Below, one piece after another: positions 63,604 to 64,000 of a DNA stretch of 64,000 bases. The DNA is from an uncultured delta proteobacterium (lineage in GTDB: Bacteria; Desulfobacterota; Binatia; JACPRU01), in contig CAVUWD010000016.1 of NCBI GenBank assembly GCA_963745025.1, positions 544,001-608,000 of the forward strand, written 5' to 3'. How positions within the stretch are numbered: the first letter of the stretch is position 1; the number at the start of each line of letters is the position of its first letter. The notes under the pieces were generated by a model. That model did not search any database and was not told the DNA's origin. It saw only the letters and a list, made by a program, of their open reading frames with translations. The position numbers were made by a program, and so were the translations under genes.

Positions 63604-64000
63604 ATGCGCCGCATCCAATCGAACGTCGACGTCCGCTCCGACACGTTCCGCGCCAACCGCGATCAGAACCGGGCGCTCATCGCCACGCTTCGTCGCCGGC
63701 AGGAGGAGGTCCGCGCCCGCCGCCCGGAGCGCGACCTCGAGCGCCTCGCCCGCCAGGGAAAGCTCTTCGTCCGCGATCGGCTCGCGTTGCTGCTCGATCC
63801 CGGCACGCCGTTCCTCGAGCTCTCGACGCTCGCCGCCAACATGGCCTACGACGGCGAGGTGCCGGGCGCCGGGCAAGTGACGGGCATCGGCATCGTCAGC
63901 GGGCGCGAGGTGATCATGCATGCCGACGACGCTTCGGTGAAGGGCGGCGCGTGGTATCCGCTGTCGGTCAAGAAGATCGTGCGCACGCTCGACATCGCCA
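63604..64000 (+). CDS. Acyl-CoA carboxylase carboxyltransferase (MCC-beta-like), truncated by the window end
   Basis: Manual translation: GKLFVRDRLALLLDPGTPFLELS...GQVTGIG..DASVKGGA. Confidence 0.88.
   Translation, partial: MRRIQSNVDVRSDTFRANRDQNRALIATLRRRQEEVRARRPERDLERLARQGKLFVRDRLALLLDPGTPFLELSTLAANMAYDGEVPGAGQVTGIGIVSGREVIMHADDASVKGGAWYPLSVKKIVRTLDIA

Overview
High-GC (visually ~65-70%) bacterial chromosomal window, mostly housekeeping and metabolic genes. The gene content looks Deltaproteobacteria/Binatia-like (inference only). It contains recJ-secF-secD-yajC-tgt-queA-UDG, a Zn-phospholipase C-like gene, coaBC, ino1, mrp, a polyprenyl synthase, moaA, paired class III CoA-transferases, HU, a B12-radical SAM enzyme, pcm, OsmC, a FabV-like reductase, a class III cyclase, acs, nth, an ABC-2 exporter, MoxR/VWA, TolC-MacAB-type and MdtABC-type efflux systems, a TolB-like/M48 envelope cluster and an acyl-CoA dehydrogenase/carboxylase cluster. 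Several genes carry clustered 1-bp frameshifts that are probably assembly indels. I saw no tRNA, rRNA, CRISPR array, transposase, integrase or reverse transcriptase. The main non-obvious signals are: (1) a three-hairpin intergenic element with five compensatory base-pair changes (22035-22202); (2) a hidden AhpD/CMD selenoprotein with CxxU and a SECIS-like hairpin, split into two ORFs in the track (32064-32603); (3) an 8.2-kb marR-mdtABC cassette bracketed by a 40-bp direct repeat of the upstream permease 3' end; (4) an internally deleted TetR-like relic with its operator in front of the TolC operon; (5) two families of intergenic palindromic repeats; (6) an orphan protein resembling CLec-fold DGR targets. 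All family assignments are from motif recognition, not database searches.
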